The notes under the pieces were generated by a model that worked only from the letters and a program-made list of their open reading frames with translations, had not been told where the DNA came from and ran no database searches. This document shows, piece by piece, positions 12,262-22,283 of a stretch of DNA of 64,000 nt. This stretch comes from Coraliomargarita sp. (GTDB lineage Bacteria > Verrucomicrobiota > Verrucomicrobiia > Opitutales > Coraliomargaritaceae): contig OZ244160.1 in assembly GCA_965216325.1 (NCBI GenBank), positions 192,001 through 256,000 on the forward strand. Direction: 5' to 3'. Within the stretch, counting starts at the first letter, position 1, and every line of letters begins with the position of its first letter. Both the position numbers and the translations under genes were made by a program.

Positions 12262-14985
12262 CTAAAACGGAAGCAGCTTGCGAGGGTCGTAGACGGAGCG
12301 GAATTTTTGTTTTTCGAGGGTGCCAGTCACATGAAACTTCAGCAGAAACGCGAGCGGATTTACGATTTTGCTCAGTTGTTTGAGCGGGTTCCCTGAGCTA
12401 CCCATATTACCGAACAGGCGGACCGTAACATACATGTCGAGAGCCTGATCTTCCATTTGCATCGTCCCGTTCGCTTCAATGCGTGTGCGTTGCCCGTTCA
12501 CTTCGATTCGTGAGAACGCGACTTGTCGATCTGCGAGTTCAAAGTCGGATTCAAGGCTATCAAGACTGAAGGAGGTAAACCCGAGGGAGGTGCCTTGAAG
12601 GATTCTGGAAAGTGGCCCAAGTAGCTGGATCGATCCGAGGTCTTTATCTCGAATGGAGAGGCTCCCATGGCCCGTTGCTGCATATAGATCATGCATTGGG
12701 CCGATTGCATGAATGTTTGCGAAGATACGTCCTTGCTCGCGCAGATCAGGAGTGAGCGATTCGTCCTTTTTGTCCTTAAGGCTCTCTTCGATCGAGTCGA
12801 GTGCGGGTAGGTTTGTGATGGCTCGTTGTTCGTCGGCGTCTCGCAGGTTGAGTTGCACGTTCACGATATTGGATTCGCCTTCTGCGCCGATCACATCAGC
12901 AGCCGCGGTTCCGTGTCCACTGGCATAGCCAAAGAGGACATCTCTCAATTGAGTGATGTTCCCGTCGGCGTAACCAGCCAAATTCAGAAAGTCCAAAGGT
13001 GTGCCATTGTAGACCAACGGCCCATTTGATATGGCATTAAAAATATAGTGACTCTTACCAGTAAATTCGGGGTAGTAATCCTCATCGAAATACACACCTC
13101 GAAGCTGTGCGCTAGGGGTTGCTGAAAAATCGAAGTCGCCTATCGTTCGGTCATACAGCACATTGCCCATCAGATTTTGTAATGCTTCTTCCGTGAGTCG
13201 GGTTGCGACGTCGAAGTGTAGTGCTGTGGGGCCAGGGCAGTCGTCGGGAAGAACTGTGAAGCCAATTGCGCCATCTAGCGAACCGTCACTGCCGTTCGCA
13301 TGGATGATGTGGACCTCAATGTAGCGAGGGGTTCCCCGCACAACAACATGGCCACTTTCGAGCGGAACCTTGCTGTATTCAACATGGTTGAGCAACACAC
13401 TACCATAATAGTCGTTGACGCTGCCTTGTTGAATGTTTGCACGAATAATGAAGTCAGCATCGACCTTACGATCTGCGTGAGAGAAGTCGAACTCGTCAAA
13501 GACGCTTGCCCACCATCTTGGCAGCAGTGGGTTGTAGTCTTGGGGGTTCACAACACCTTTGAGCAATGCATCCAGGGCCCCATCTTCTTTTCGGTAGCGG
13601 ATCGCTGCCTGCAGCGATTGCGATGAGCGTTCGACATTCAATTGGCTCAATATGAATTCGTTTTCGGCGTAGTAGCCACGCGCGCGTATTTGCTCGAAGT
13701 CGATTTCATCGACCGCCACATCGTTAATCAGGCAGTCGAATTCCAAGCGATTCAGTTGCATGCCCGAGTTGAGGGATAGGAAGATGTTGTAGTAGGGGGC
13801 GCTGGAAAACCTTAGATGTGGTAGGCCGGATTTGAGGTCGTCCGAGAGTAACTCATAAATACTGATGCTGCCTCCCGCGTCGAGCCAACCGCTGCGCTCA
13901 TGCAGGTTGAAGATGCCATTGAATTCGACGGCTCCGAGCATGCCTTTGGTTGAACCTGAAAAACCGAGACCTTCGCCCGTTTGATACCATAATTTGAGGT
14001 AGGGCGCTTCCATGCGGATGTCCTCTACGGTTATACTTTCGGCGGATAACTCTAGCTCGGGCCAGCGACTTTCCATGATCTGATCCCAATCGTCTTTGGT
14101 AATGCGCACGCTAATGGGCCCAGTGCTGACGTCGTGATTGTGTGTTTGCAGGCTGCGTGCGCGTATCAGAGTCGGTTGGCTGAACTGCAGCTTGTTGTCT
14201 TCGAAACATGTTGAGAGTGAGATGGTGACTTCTTGGGCACTTGCTTCTTCGTGGTTGACTTCCGGGCATACGAGTTGTGTCTCCAACTCAAGTCGCGAAG
14301 GATCCACGATATTTAAATCGAAGACGAGGGTAGGCGATTTGAAGAACCGATATTCTTCGCGCTTGGTGAGCCCATCCGCAATGAGTTTATAGGCGCTTTC
14401 TAGCCAATCTTGATCTCCACTTGCTGGCGTGCTGTCATCGCTCGCTTGTGTCGCGATACTGAGGGGGCAACGTGCGCTGCCCCGCAGGCGAATGTCATCC
14501 AGAGATGCGCAGAATGATTCGAGCTGCAGTTGATCTTCTTTGATAGTCAGGTCAAAGGCCACTTTTTCGAGGAGCGGGCTGCGTTCCCCATTTGGTGCAT
14601 ACACTGCAGGGATATAAGCTGTGCCTGAAGTTAAGATGAATGTGGAAACGTTGATTGGTGACCGCTTTGTATTGAATAGGTCAAAATAGATGTAGGCGCT
14701 TTCTGCTTCAAAGATCGCTTCTTCATTTTCTGCTGCGAAGATTTCCAGTTCATGGAGTTTGATACGTCCGTTTAGATACAACTCACATTTTTGTGTTTGT
14801 ATGCGGAATCCTGATACATCTACTTTAGAGAGTGTGTCGTTCAGCCAGCTGCTCGGGATCGGGATATAGCCATACGCAAGCAAGCATCCTAAAATGAATG
14901 CTTGAGGGATGAATAATAACAGTAGTAGCCCATCCAGAAGCAACTCGAAGAGCAAGAGTGATTTGGATCGCTTCTGTTTTTCCAT
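12262..14985 (-). CDS. Large membrane-anchored AsmA-like protein
   Basis: 907 aa, N-terminal TM helix, beta-rich body, C-terminal pattern resembling AsmA-like ends; family call tentative. Confidence 0.55.
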   Translation of the reverse strand: MEKQKRSKSLLLFELLLDGLLLLLFIPQAFILGCLLAYGYIPIPSSWLNDTLSKVDVSGFRIQTQKCELYLNGRIKLHELEIFAAENEEAIFEAESAYIYFDLFNTKRSPINVSTFILTSGTAYIPAVYAPNGERSPLLEKVAFDLTIKEDQLQLESFCASLDDIRLRGSARCPLSIATQASDDSTPASGDQDWLESAYKLIADGLTKREEYRFFKSPTLVFDLNIVDPSRLELETQLVCPEVNHEEASAQEVTISLSTCFEDNKLQFSQPTLIRARSLQTHNHDVSTGPISVRITKDDWDQIMESRWPELELSAESITVEDIRMEAPYLKLWYQTGEGLGFSGSTKGMLGAVEFNGIFNLHERSGWLDAGGSISIYELLSDDLKSGLPHLRFSSAPYYNIFLSLNSGMQLNRLEFDCLINDVAVDEIDFEQIRARGYYAENEFILSQLNVERSSQSLQAAIRYRKEDGALDALLKGVVNPQDYNPLLPRWWASVFDEFDFSHADRKVDADFIIRANIQQGSVNDYYGSVLLNHVEYSKVPLESGHVVVRGTPRYIEVHIIHANGSDGSLDGAIGFTVLPDDCPGPTALHFDVATRLTEEALQNLMGNVLYDRTIGDFDFSATPSAQLRGVYFDEDYYPEFTGKSHYIFNAISNGPLVYNGTPLDFLNLAGYADGNITQLRDVLFGYASGHGTAAADVIGAEGESNIVNVQLNLRDADEQRAITNLPALDSIEESLKDKKDESLTPDLREQGRIFANIHAIGPMHDLYAATGHGSLSIRDKDLGSIQLLGPLSRILQGTSLGFTSFSLDSLESDFELADRQVAFSRIEVNGQRTRIEANGTMQMEDQALDMYVTVRLFGNMGSSGNPLKQLSKIVNPLAFLLKFHVTGTLEKQKFRSVYDPRKLLPF

Positions 14986-15002
14986 TGTTTGGAGGGTGGG
15001 GG

Positions 15003-17015
15003 CTATTCGGTACCTTCTTCGCTTGTCTCAATATCGGCTTCAGGCGTGCTGACTCCTGTGTCCTGAGGGTCGATCTTCGTCTCGTCCGGACTTTGCAACA
15101 GTGGGTATGGAGATGGGGTTGGGACCGGTTCCCCGAGTGCTTCTTCGGGTAGTTTGAGGTCGCTGGTTAGGTCATGCAGTGCCTCGATGAGTTCTGGGTC
15201 GACATCAAACATTGTGTTGTGTGCTTTAGAGCCTCCAGCTTGAGCGGTGCCTGATAGACGCTCTGTAAAGAGATACTCTCGTGACTCGATTTGTCCGGTC
15301 TCACTGCCATCAGGTAGGGAGATGTCGACGCTTAGGCGGTAAACCCAAGGTAGTTCTGTATTGGCATCCAATGGGTATGCTTCCTCAAAATAATCAGCCC
15401 GATATGCGTCCACGCGGAACTCGCGAATCCATTTTAGCACGATGCCCAGTGCCAGGCGGTCGTCTTCGGGCAGGGCATCAATCAGCTCTTTCCATGAAGC
15501 CCCGGCTTCGGCAGGGTTCAAGTCGAGTAGCATCGTTTCAGTGGTGAGTCGCTCTAAGCGCACTGCTTTAATTTGAGCTGACTTTGGCAGTTGGTCGAGG
15601 ACGCGCTTCCAGTAATGCAACTCATTGAGTGGGAACATGTCGAGTGTCGCACGTCGTTCGACGAGATAGATATAGTCCGAGTTTTTTGTGCGCGCGTATA
15701 GGTTTTCATTGTCATTGTTTGGGTGCGCGAGTTCGAGCACAATAGGGTCTACCCCTTCTCCGAAGCTTAGGGTTACTGTGCGGCGTGGATTATTGAACCC
15801 GAGTTGGCCGATGGTGCTTGGGGTCGGCTCGTCGCTGGCAAAGTCTTTCGCACGAAGGTGATAGAGGTCGGTCACCAGATTATGAATGATGCTGTCTTCG
15901 ACTCGATGTGCTTTAACTTCATTATCACCTTTGGGTTGGATGACTTGCCAGCTACCTGTTTCGAGGCGGTTCAAGCGAACTGTCAGGTCTCCTTCTTTAA
16001 TACGAATCGCGGTCAATTCGTTTGGATCAAAGCTGATGAATGAACGCTCTCTGAGCGAGCTTTGCGCCTCGCGCAGTTGGTCGAAAGAGTCCGCGCTCAC
16101 GGTGAAGACCGTCGGATTGTTCTCGATCTGGGCAAAGTAGGTTGCGCTTTCTTTACTGCTTGGAACACGATTGCCGAGTAGCAAGGTTTGACGACGCTTG
16201 TTACCATGTAGCGTGATGCGCATGGTTGGGCTCTCAAGGCCGAGGATCACTGGATCTTGTGATTCGACAAAACTCTCTACTTTTGCAGAAGTCAGTGTGT
16301 TAATGGTGTTTGAAACGAGTCCAGAGTCTGCTTCGGCTGAGAGGGGAGCTTCAAACAGCCAGCCGTTGTTCGTGCGTTTTAGGTGTAGACTCAAATCACT
16401 GAACTCACCGTCTGAGGATGCATTGATTTGAACACTCAGCGCATCGACTTCGAAGACCGGGATGTCAAAGATCTCTCGGTTTCGAAGGTCGCTGATGTCT
16501 ACGAGCATGCTGTCGATGACTTCGTTTGAAACGACGAAGATTCGCTCCTTGTTGGGACCTAGTATATAAACATTTTTACCGATTTCGGTTCGGTTGCCGA
16601 TTACAAGATCTGTGCGCTCTGTGCCGTGTCCGATCGTCAGCACTGAGGAGGCATCCGATAGTCCATAGTCTTCAAGGCTTTGGCCTGTGCGCTCGATTTC
16701 ATCGACGGAGAAAGTGGCTTGCTCTTCGAGAAACTGCAATTGGTTAAGGATGCGATTGACTGCGAAGTAATTGGCGGACCATTGAATCGGTTCAGAGATC
16801 AACCAGTCTGCCCCTTCACGTATGAGCACTCGTGGTGTTTCCAACTGCGGTCCACTGAGCTCGATGCGGTCTGCCTCGATGATCTCGCGTCCAATCAGAC
16901 TTGCCAAGCGGTTGGAGTCTTCGCTGGAGCGAGTATCTTGATTCTTCAGAAAAAAGATGAGCCCGAAGCTAATTAAGTTCAGGACCAATAGGAATACGGT
17001 AAATTTGAAGCGCAT
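15003..17015 (-). CDS. DUF4340-type periplasmic protein of a Gld-like ABC operon
   Basis: N-terminal TM, repeated W...P...A and YGL/LGL..P units; position after a GldG-like gene. Confidence 0.75.
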   Translation of the reverse strand: MRFKFTVFLLVLNLISFGLIFFLKNQDTRSSEDSNRLASLIGREIIEADRIELSGPQLETPRVLIREGADWLISEPIQWSANYFAVNRILNQLQFLEEQATFSVDEIERTGQSLEDYGLSDASSVLTIGHGTERTDLVIGNRTEIGKNVYILGPNKERIFVVSNEVIDSMLVDISDLRNREIFDIPVFEVDALSVQINASSDGEFSDLSLHLKRTNNGWLFEAPLSAEADSGLVSNTINTLTSAKVESFVESQDPVILGLESPTMRITLHGNKRRQTLLLGNRVPSSKESATYFAQIENNPTVFTVSADSFDQLREAQSSLRERSFISFDPNELTAIRIKEGDLTVRLNRLETGSWQVIQPKGDNEVKAHRVEDSIIHNLVTDLYHLRAKDFASDEPTPSTIGQLGFNNPRRTVTLSFGEGVDPIVLELAHPNNDNENLYARTKNSDYIYLVERRATLDMFPLNELHYWKRVLDQLPKSAQIKAVRLERLTTETMLLDLNPAEAGASWKELIDALPEDDRLALGIVLKWIREFRVDAYRADYFEEAYPLDANTELPWVYRLSVDISLPDGSETGQIESREYLFTERLSGTAQAGGSKAHNTMFDVDPELIEALHDLTSDLKLPEEALGEPVPTPSPYPLLQSPDETKIDPQDTGVSTPEADIETSEEGTE

Positions 17016-17021
17016 GGGATG

Positions 17022-18494
17022 TTAGCGGCGGCGAAGTAGGTGGACGGCAAAGCCAAAGAGGGCGGTGATGCCGGGCACGATTGCAAAGTAGAGAATTAAC
17101 CGTTTGAGCTCCTGCTCACTCATGATGATTTGGTAATTCTGGAGTGGGCGGCTCGGAATGTTGAGCATATTATTACGGTCGAGCGCCCAGTTGATCGAAT
17201 TGATGAAGAGACTTTGGTTGCCAAAAGCCTGAAAGCGATTGTTCGCGACAAAGTCCGAATTACCGAACACGATGAGGCGGCCGCCCTGGATCGTGATCCC
17301 TAGTTCGGAGCCTGCGCTGCGGGTCGAGACGGTGGCGATACTGAGTGGCCCTGGTAAGTCGCGGCCGGAGTCATACTTGACCGGATTTTGAGTTCGGTAG
17401 TCACGTTCGCCCCAACTTTGAGCTGAGGTGCCGAGAATCTGCTCTACTTTGAGGCCTTCCATGTTGAGTGAGGCAGGATCCGTGCGAACGGGGCGTGGGA
17501 GCCCGAAGAGTGCATTAATCTGATTGTCGATCAGTAATTGAGTGATCGGGTGTTCTGCAAAACGGCGGATAATCAGGTCGCCACCTTGTGCCTTGAAGTC
17601 GCTGCCGACATCGATGACCGTCATGTCATCGCTGAGCACACCCCAGTCATACAAGAGCTCGTCGAGACCGTGAGCGCGTCCGGGATTGATGAGGACAAGC
17701 ATGCGACCATTCCGCTCGCCCAAATAGCGCCGTAGCTTCTCAACCTCTTCAGGCAAGAGTGCCGCCTGTGGTGACGGAATGATAATCAGGTCGGCATCTT
17801 CCGGAACATTTGGATCGATCGAAAGATCCAGATTCGCGAGCTCGAAATTGCGTTCTTTGAGGAAACTCTCGACCTGAGAGAGGCCAAAGCGTGGATCGAC
17901 GTCATCCAGACGCATTTCACCGTGGCCAAGCAGGAAGTAGATCTTGTCGGTGTCTTCGGCTGAGACGTTGAGGATTGCCGAGGTGATGATGCGTTCGCCA
18001 ATAAATCCGGTGGTTTCGCCATCGGTGACCTCGTAGAGCTTGGCTGGGTTGATCTCCTGAGATTTGTCGCCGCTGGCGACGAGGACGACGTTCTCCTTCG
18101 TCAATTTGTAGCGACTGGCAAGTTGCTGGGCCCGTGCACGTTGCTTGTATATGTCTACAAACTCGACATTGAGCAGGGCAGTGCCGTCCTTGGCGTCTTC
18201 CGCTTCGTATTGGCGCAGTAGTTTTTGTAGATCCTTAAGCACCAGTTCGGTTTCGGGGCTGTCGGGTATTGTGACGACGATATCAACCGGTTCTGCCAGT
18301 TCGCGAATGTAGGCCCGCGTCTCTGCGGCGAGTGTATAAGTGCCTGCCTCGGTTAAGTCGTAGCGCTCAAAGTATTTTGCCGCGAGGAAGTTTAGCGAGA
18401 GGATGAGGCTCAGACTGAGTACAATCTGCGCAATCCGGTTTACGACCCTGAAGCGGCGTGCCAGGCTGAATTCTGCGAAGCGTGAAGTGTCCAT
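17022..18494 (-). CDS. GldG-like ABC-associated auxiliary component
   Basis: RYDLT...YTL, IYFLLGHGE, GRLIVFGNSDF, N- and C-terminal TMs. Confidence 0.85.
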   Translation of the reverse strand: MDTSRFAEFSLARRFRVVNRIAQIVLSLSLILSLNFLAAKYFERYDLTEAGTYTLAAETRAYIRELAEPVDIVVTIPDSPETELVLKDLQKLLRQYEAEDAKDGTALLNVEFVDIYKQRARAQQLASRYKLTKENVVLVASGDKSQEINPAKLYEVTDGETTGFIGERIITSAILNVSAEDTDKIYFLLGHGEMRLDDVDPRFGLSQVESFLKERNFELANLDLSIDPNVPEDADLIIIPSPQAALLPEEVEKLRRYLGERNGRMLVLINPGRAHGLDELLYDWGVLSDDMTVIDVGSDFKAQGGDLIIRRFAEHPITQLLIDNQINALFGLPRPVRTDPASLNMEGLKVEQILGTSAQSWGERDYRTQNPVKYDSGRDLPGPLSIATVSTRSAGSELGITIQGGRLIVFGNSDFVANNRFQAFGNQSLFINSINWALDRNNMLNIPSRPLQNYQIIMSEQELKRLILYFAIVPGITALFGFAVHLLRRR

Positions 18495-19258
18495 TATGCT
18501 TTTGCCTCGATGACCAGTGTCGACAGCCCGAGCAAAACGATGCCGGTGCTGGTATAGTAGAAGAATGGACGGGTGTCGATGACGCCGCGCGAGAAGTCTT
18601 CCAAGTGTTCAAAGATTTGCAGGTAATTTGCAACTGAGGTCGTCCAGCTGAGTATGCCAGTTTCCATCGGTTGCACACTGCCGATGAAGTTTCCGCCAAT
18701 GATCGCAATGAACAGGGCGGTGAAGGTCAGCATGCCGGCCACAAGCTGGCTACGGGTGATGGTGCTGGAAAAGATCCCGATTGAGATGAAGAGAATGCCA
18801 CTGAGTGCAATGAAGGAGAGTCCGCCGAGCACCGCTTCCGGTGCGAGCAGTGCGTCGGATCCAGCCACGTGTGGAAAAGCCTTCAGCATGATGAAGGGGA
18901 ACGACAATGTTCCGAACCAAAGACCGACATAGAATAAATATGCACCGGCGAATTTGCTGAGAATAATGCTCACACGGGAAGCGGGTGTGGTCATTAGTGT
19001 ATCCAGGGTTCCGCTACTGCGTTCGCCTGCGATACTCTTCATGGTTAGGAGTGGAACGACGAAGAGGGTGGGCAGCCAGAAGAACTTGAAGAAGGCGACA
19101 GATGGCAAGTCGTCTTGTGGTTCGGCCACAATGATGGTCATGAGACGCCAATACAGCAGTCCCATGATGAAATAGAAAAAGACCCCTGCCAGATAGGTGG
19201 TAGGGCTGATCAAGAGCATTCGCAGCTCGTGCTTCAGAAGTATGAAAAAATGACGCAT
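18494..19258 (-). CDS. GldF-like ABC-2 permease
   Basis: PLLTMKSIAGERSSGTLDTLMTTP, SKF, HLEDFSRGVIDTR; ATG at 19258. Confidence 0.88.
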   Translation of the reverse strand: MRHFFILLKHELRMLLISPTTYLAGVFFYFIMGLLYWRLMTIIVAEPQDDLPSVAFFKFFWLPTLFVVPLLTMKSIAGERSSGTLDTLMTTPASRVSIILSKFAGAYLFYVGLWFGTLSFPFIMLKAFPHVAGSDALLAPEAVLGGLSFIALSGILFISIGIFSSTITRSQLVAGMLTFTALFIAIIGGNFIGSVQPMETGILSWTTSVANYLQIFEHLEDFSRGVIDTRPFFYYTSTGIVLLGLSTLVIEAKA

Positions 19259-19281
19259 GTCGTAAAAATGTCTGTGTCGGT

Positions 19282-20307
19282 CTACTCCGCAGCGACTGGC
19301 TTGGCCTCGCTCTCCTTTTTCTTGCTGCGACTCTTGTCGATGGTTTCTTCCCATGAGCGCTTAGTCGCCGCGAGGAAGATTTTCTCCAGGTTTGGCTGGT
19401 GCGGGGCCAAGCTGAGAAGGGTGCAGTCGTCTTGCTTGGAAAGTGTTGCGATCAATTGAGCGCTGAGGTCTTCTGGACCTTCGGCGGTGATGGTGTAGCG
19501 CTTGCTGTCATCGCTGACCGCTTCTGAATCCAAGACCGTTGCCTGGATGCCTTTGGATTTGAGGGCAGAGAGCATGATGTCTTCTTGGCCGCGCAGTTCG
19601 ATTTCGAAGCGATTGCCCGGCACGAATTCCTGACGTAGTTCGTCGCTGCTGCCGCTGGCGACGATGCGCCCACGATTGATAATGATCACACGGTCGCAGG
19701 AACGCTCGATCTCAGGCAGGATGTGGCTGGAGAGAATCACCGTCATACGGCCACGTAGACTGTCGATCAGACGGCGGATGCCCTGAATCTGATGGGGGTC
19801 CAAGCCGATGGTTGGCTCGTCCATAATGACCACTTCCGGTTGCCCGAGTAGTGCATCGGCGATACCGACGCGCTGGCGGAAGCCCTTGGAAAGTGTGCCA
19901 ATGATCTTGCGACGCGCGGTGCGCGCCAGGTCGCAGGTTTCCATCGCTTCTTCCACGGTTTCGCGGATTTTACGCCCCGGAACTTCTTTGAGACGGGCTC
20001 TGAATCGCAAATACTCGACCACACGCATGTCCTCTGGGAGCGGATTATTCTCCGGCATGTAGCCGATCCGCTTTTTGACCTCGTGTGGATTGTGGGCGAC
20101 GGAAATGCCTCCAACCCAAGCGGATCCAGAAGTTGCGGGCATGATGCCGCTCAAAATTCGCATCGTGGTGCTCTTGCCGGCACCATTGGGCCCGAGGAAG
20201 CCGACGATTTCGCCATGATTCACGGTGAAATTGACATTATGAATGGCCGTGAGCGCCCCGTATTTACGGGTGAGTTTGGCGACACGTATGCTAGGGCTGT
20301 TGTCCAT
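19282..20307 (-). CDS. GldA-like ABC transporter ATP-binding protein
   Basis: GPNGAGKST, LSKGFRQRVG, MDEPTIGLDP, SSH. Confidence 0.93.
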   Translation of the reverse strand: MDNSPSIRVAKLTRKYGALTAIHNVNFTVNHGEIVGFLGPNGAGKSTTMRILSGIMPATSGSAWVGGISVAHNPHEVKKRIGYMPENNPLPEDMRVVEYLRFRARLKEVPGRKIRETVEEAMETCDLARTARRKIIGTLSKGFRQRVGIADALLGQPEVVIMDEPTIGLDPHQIQGIRRLIDSLRGRMTVILSSHILPEIERSCDRVIIINRGRIVASGSSDELRQEFVPGNRFEIELRGQEDIMLSALKSKGIQATVLDSEAVSDDSKRYTITAEGPEDLSAQLIATLSKQDDCTLLSLAPHQPNLEKIFLAATKRSWEETIDKSRSKKKESEAKPVAAE

Positions 20308-20442
20308 TGAGGAGTGATCGAAAGCTAAATAGAACGACTGAAGAAAATTAAACGCATAATCGTGAACAAAAGTCCGAGGTGCAGCAATACCCGAAAAATC
20401 TGCTTTTCAATGGACTGACTTTGTCTGACTTTGGTTCCACAT

Positions 20443-21603
20443 ATGATTACGACGACCGAAGCCCTCGCAGAAGCAGTCCAGCAAGCCCGCGCCGCTGGAG
20501 CTGTGGGTATTGATACCGAATTTATTTGGGATCGCACCTACTACCCAACGCTGGGGGTCGTGCAGATGGGCATGCCTGATGGCCACTGTGAACTGATTGA
20601 CGCCCCGGCGATTGAAGATTGGTCGCCCTTTGCCGAGCTCATGGCGGATCCCGAGACCGTTAAAATTCTGCATGATGCCAAGCAGGACCTGATTATTTTG
20701 CGCCGCGCCTGCGGAGCAGATCCGAAGAATATTTTCGATACTCAGTTGTCTTCCGGCTTCGTCGGGCTCTCTTCAACCGTTTCTTTGCGTGATTTGTTGA
20801 AGACGCTGGTGCGTGTGCGTTTGGCGAAGACCGAGACGCAGTCAGACTGGGTCGCGCGTCCGCTTACCGATGCGCAGATTCAGTATGCGGAGGATGATGT
20901 GCGTCACTCGGTGAAACTGATGGAGAAAATCTATGAGCGTGCCGAGACGCTCGGCCGTCGCTCGTGGATCGAGGATGAAATGTCGTTTTACGACGATGCC
21001 AGCATCTACGCGGAGCGCGATCCTGATGCAGAAATGCCGCGTGTGCGTGGCAGTGGGGCCCTGACGCAACAGCAGCGTAATATTCTGCGTGCGCTTGGCT
21101 CGTGGCGTGAGTTGACTGCGCGCCGTCGCAATTTGCCGCGCAATTTCATTCTGTCCGACGATGCCATTGTATCGCTCACGAAGAAGCTTCCAAAGTCAGC
21201 TGAGGCGATCCAACCAATGAAGGGCTTGACCGAGCGTGCATTGCAGCGCAACCGGGGCAAGATCTGGGCAGCAATCGAGCGTGGTATTGAGGGGGATTTA
21301 CCGCCTTTGGCGAATGGCCGCCTGAACGGAATTCAGCCGGACGACGGTTACGAAGCGCGAGTGGACTTGGCTTTGGCCTATGTGAAAGGCACCTGCCTCG
21401 CCGCAAATATCGACCCTGCACTCATCGGTAACCGTGCGGAAGTCGCCGGGTTGGTGCTCGATGTTGAGCGTGCCGACGGCGAGCGGCACCGCATGCTTCG
21501 CGGCTGGCGTAAGGACTTCTGTGGCGAGACCTTGCTCTCCATGATGCAAGGCAAGTGCAGTGTACGTGTGGATCCCGAAACCGGATTCCCTCAGGGCATT
21601 TAA
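20443..21603 (+). CDS. rnd: Ribonuclease D
   Basis: IDTEF...TYYP, KILHDAKQD, FDTQ, SDW..RPLT..Q..YA.DD, HRDC-like region. Confidence 0.9.
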   Translation: MITTTEALAEAVQQARAAGAVGIDTEFIWDRTYYPTLGVVQMGMPDGHCELIDAPAIEDWSPFAELMADPETVKILHDAKQDLIILRRACGADPKNIFDTQLSSGFVGLSSTVSLRDLLKTLVRVRLAKTETQSDWVARPLTDAQIQYAEDDVRHSVKLMEKIYERAETLGRRSWIEDEMSFYDDASIYAERDPDAEMPRVRGSGALTQQQRNILRALGSWRELTARRRNLPRNFILSDDAIVSLTKKLPKSAEAIQPMKGLTERALQRNRGKIWAAIERGIEGDLPPLANGRLNGIQPDDGYEARVDLALAYVKGTCLAANIDPALIGNRAEVAGLVLDVERADGERHRMLRGWRKDFCGETLLSMMQGKCSVRVDPETGFPQGI

Positions 21604-21626
21604 GCTAGTTCCTGAGTTAATTTTTA

Positions 21627-21774
21627 AACCGTGAATGAACGTTAATTAACATTAATCATACGTCCTTCAATGAGACCTCATTATGGCGAGGGCCTCGCAA
21701 AGAATTAAATCTACCTGCAATATTATCAGTAATGCGCACCATAAATTAACGTTCATTGACGTTAATTAACGGTT
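21627..21774. repeat. Inverted repeat pair built from about 10-bp units
   Basis: AACCGTGAATGAACGTTAATTAACATTAAT (21627-21656) versus the reverse complement of 21745-21774 (25/30). Confidence 0.75.
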
Positions 21775-21809
21775 CCCAATTTTCAATCTAGAATCTTAAG
21801 CTTAGTATC

Positions 21810-22184
21810 ATGGACATCGAGACTTTCCCAAATCCAAATCCAGAGCGTAACTACACCATCCAACACATTCAGGAGGAGTTCACTTCGACCTGCCCGATGA
21901 CGGGGCACCCAGACTACGCGACAGTGGTCTTCAGCTATACGCCAGACGAGATTTGCATCGAGCTCAAGGCGATGAAGCTGTATCTCCACAGCTTCCGCAA
22001 TAAGGGTATTTTCTTCGAAGCGGCGACCAACAAGATCTTCGAAGATCTTTACGAAGTCACGAAACCACGCTGGGCGCGACTCGAAACCATCTGGCGTGGA
22101 CGTGGTGGCATTCGTTCCAACGTGATCGTCGAAGCGCAACAAGACGGTTACGACGGCCCGAAGACGGCTCCGTTTAAGAGCTAG
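21810..22184 (+). CDS. queF: NADPH-dependent 7-cyano-7-deazaguanine reductase (short type I)
   Basis: ETFPNP, EFTSTCPMTGHPD, ELKAMKLYL, RGGI. Confidence 0.93.
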   Translation: MDIETFPNPNPERNYTIQHIQEEFTSTCPMTGHPDYATVVFSYTPDEICIELKAMKLYLHSFRNKGIFFEAATNKIFEDLYEVTKPRWARLETIWRGRGGIRSNVIVEAQQDGYDGPKTAPFKS

Positions 22185-22187
22185 AAT

Positions 22188-22264
22188 GGTAGGGAGGTCT
22201 GCCTCAGACCTCCGTTCCATCTCCGTCCTGATTGCGGAGGCATGAGGGCATGTCTCTCCCTACC
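22188..22264. repeat. GTAG-type REP pair between convergent genes
   Basis: GGTAGGGAGGTCTGCCTCAGACCTCCG ... CGGAGGCATGAGGGCATGTCTCTCCCTACC. Confidence 0.65.
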
Positions 22265-22283
22265 TTTGTAGGATGTTATCCTC

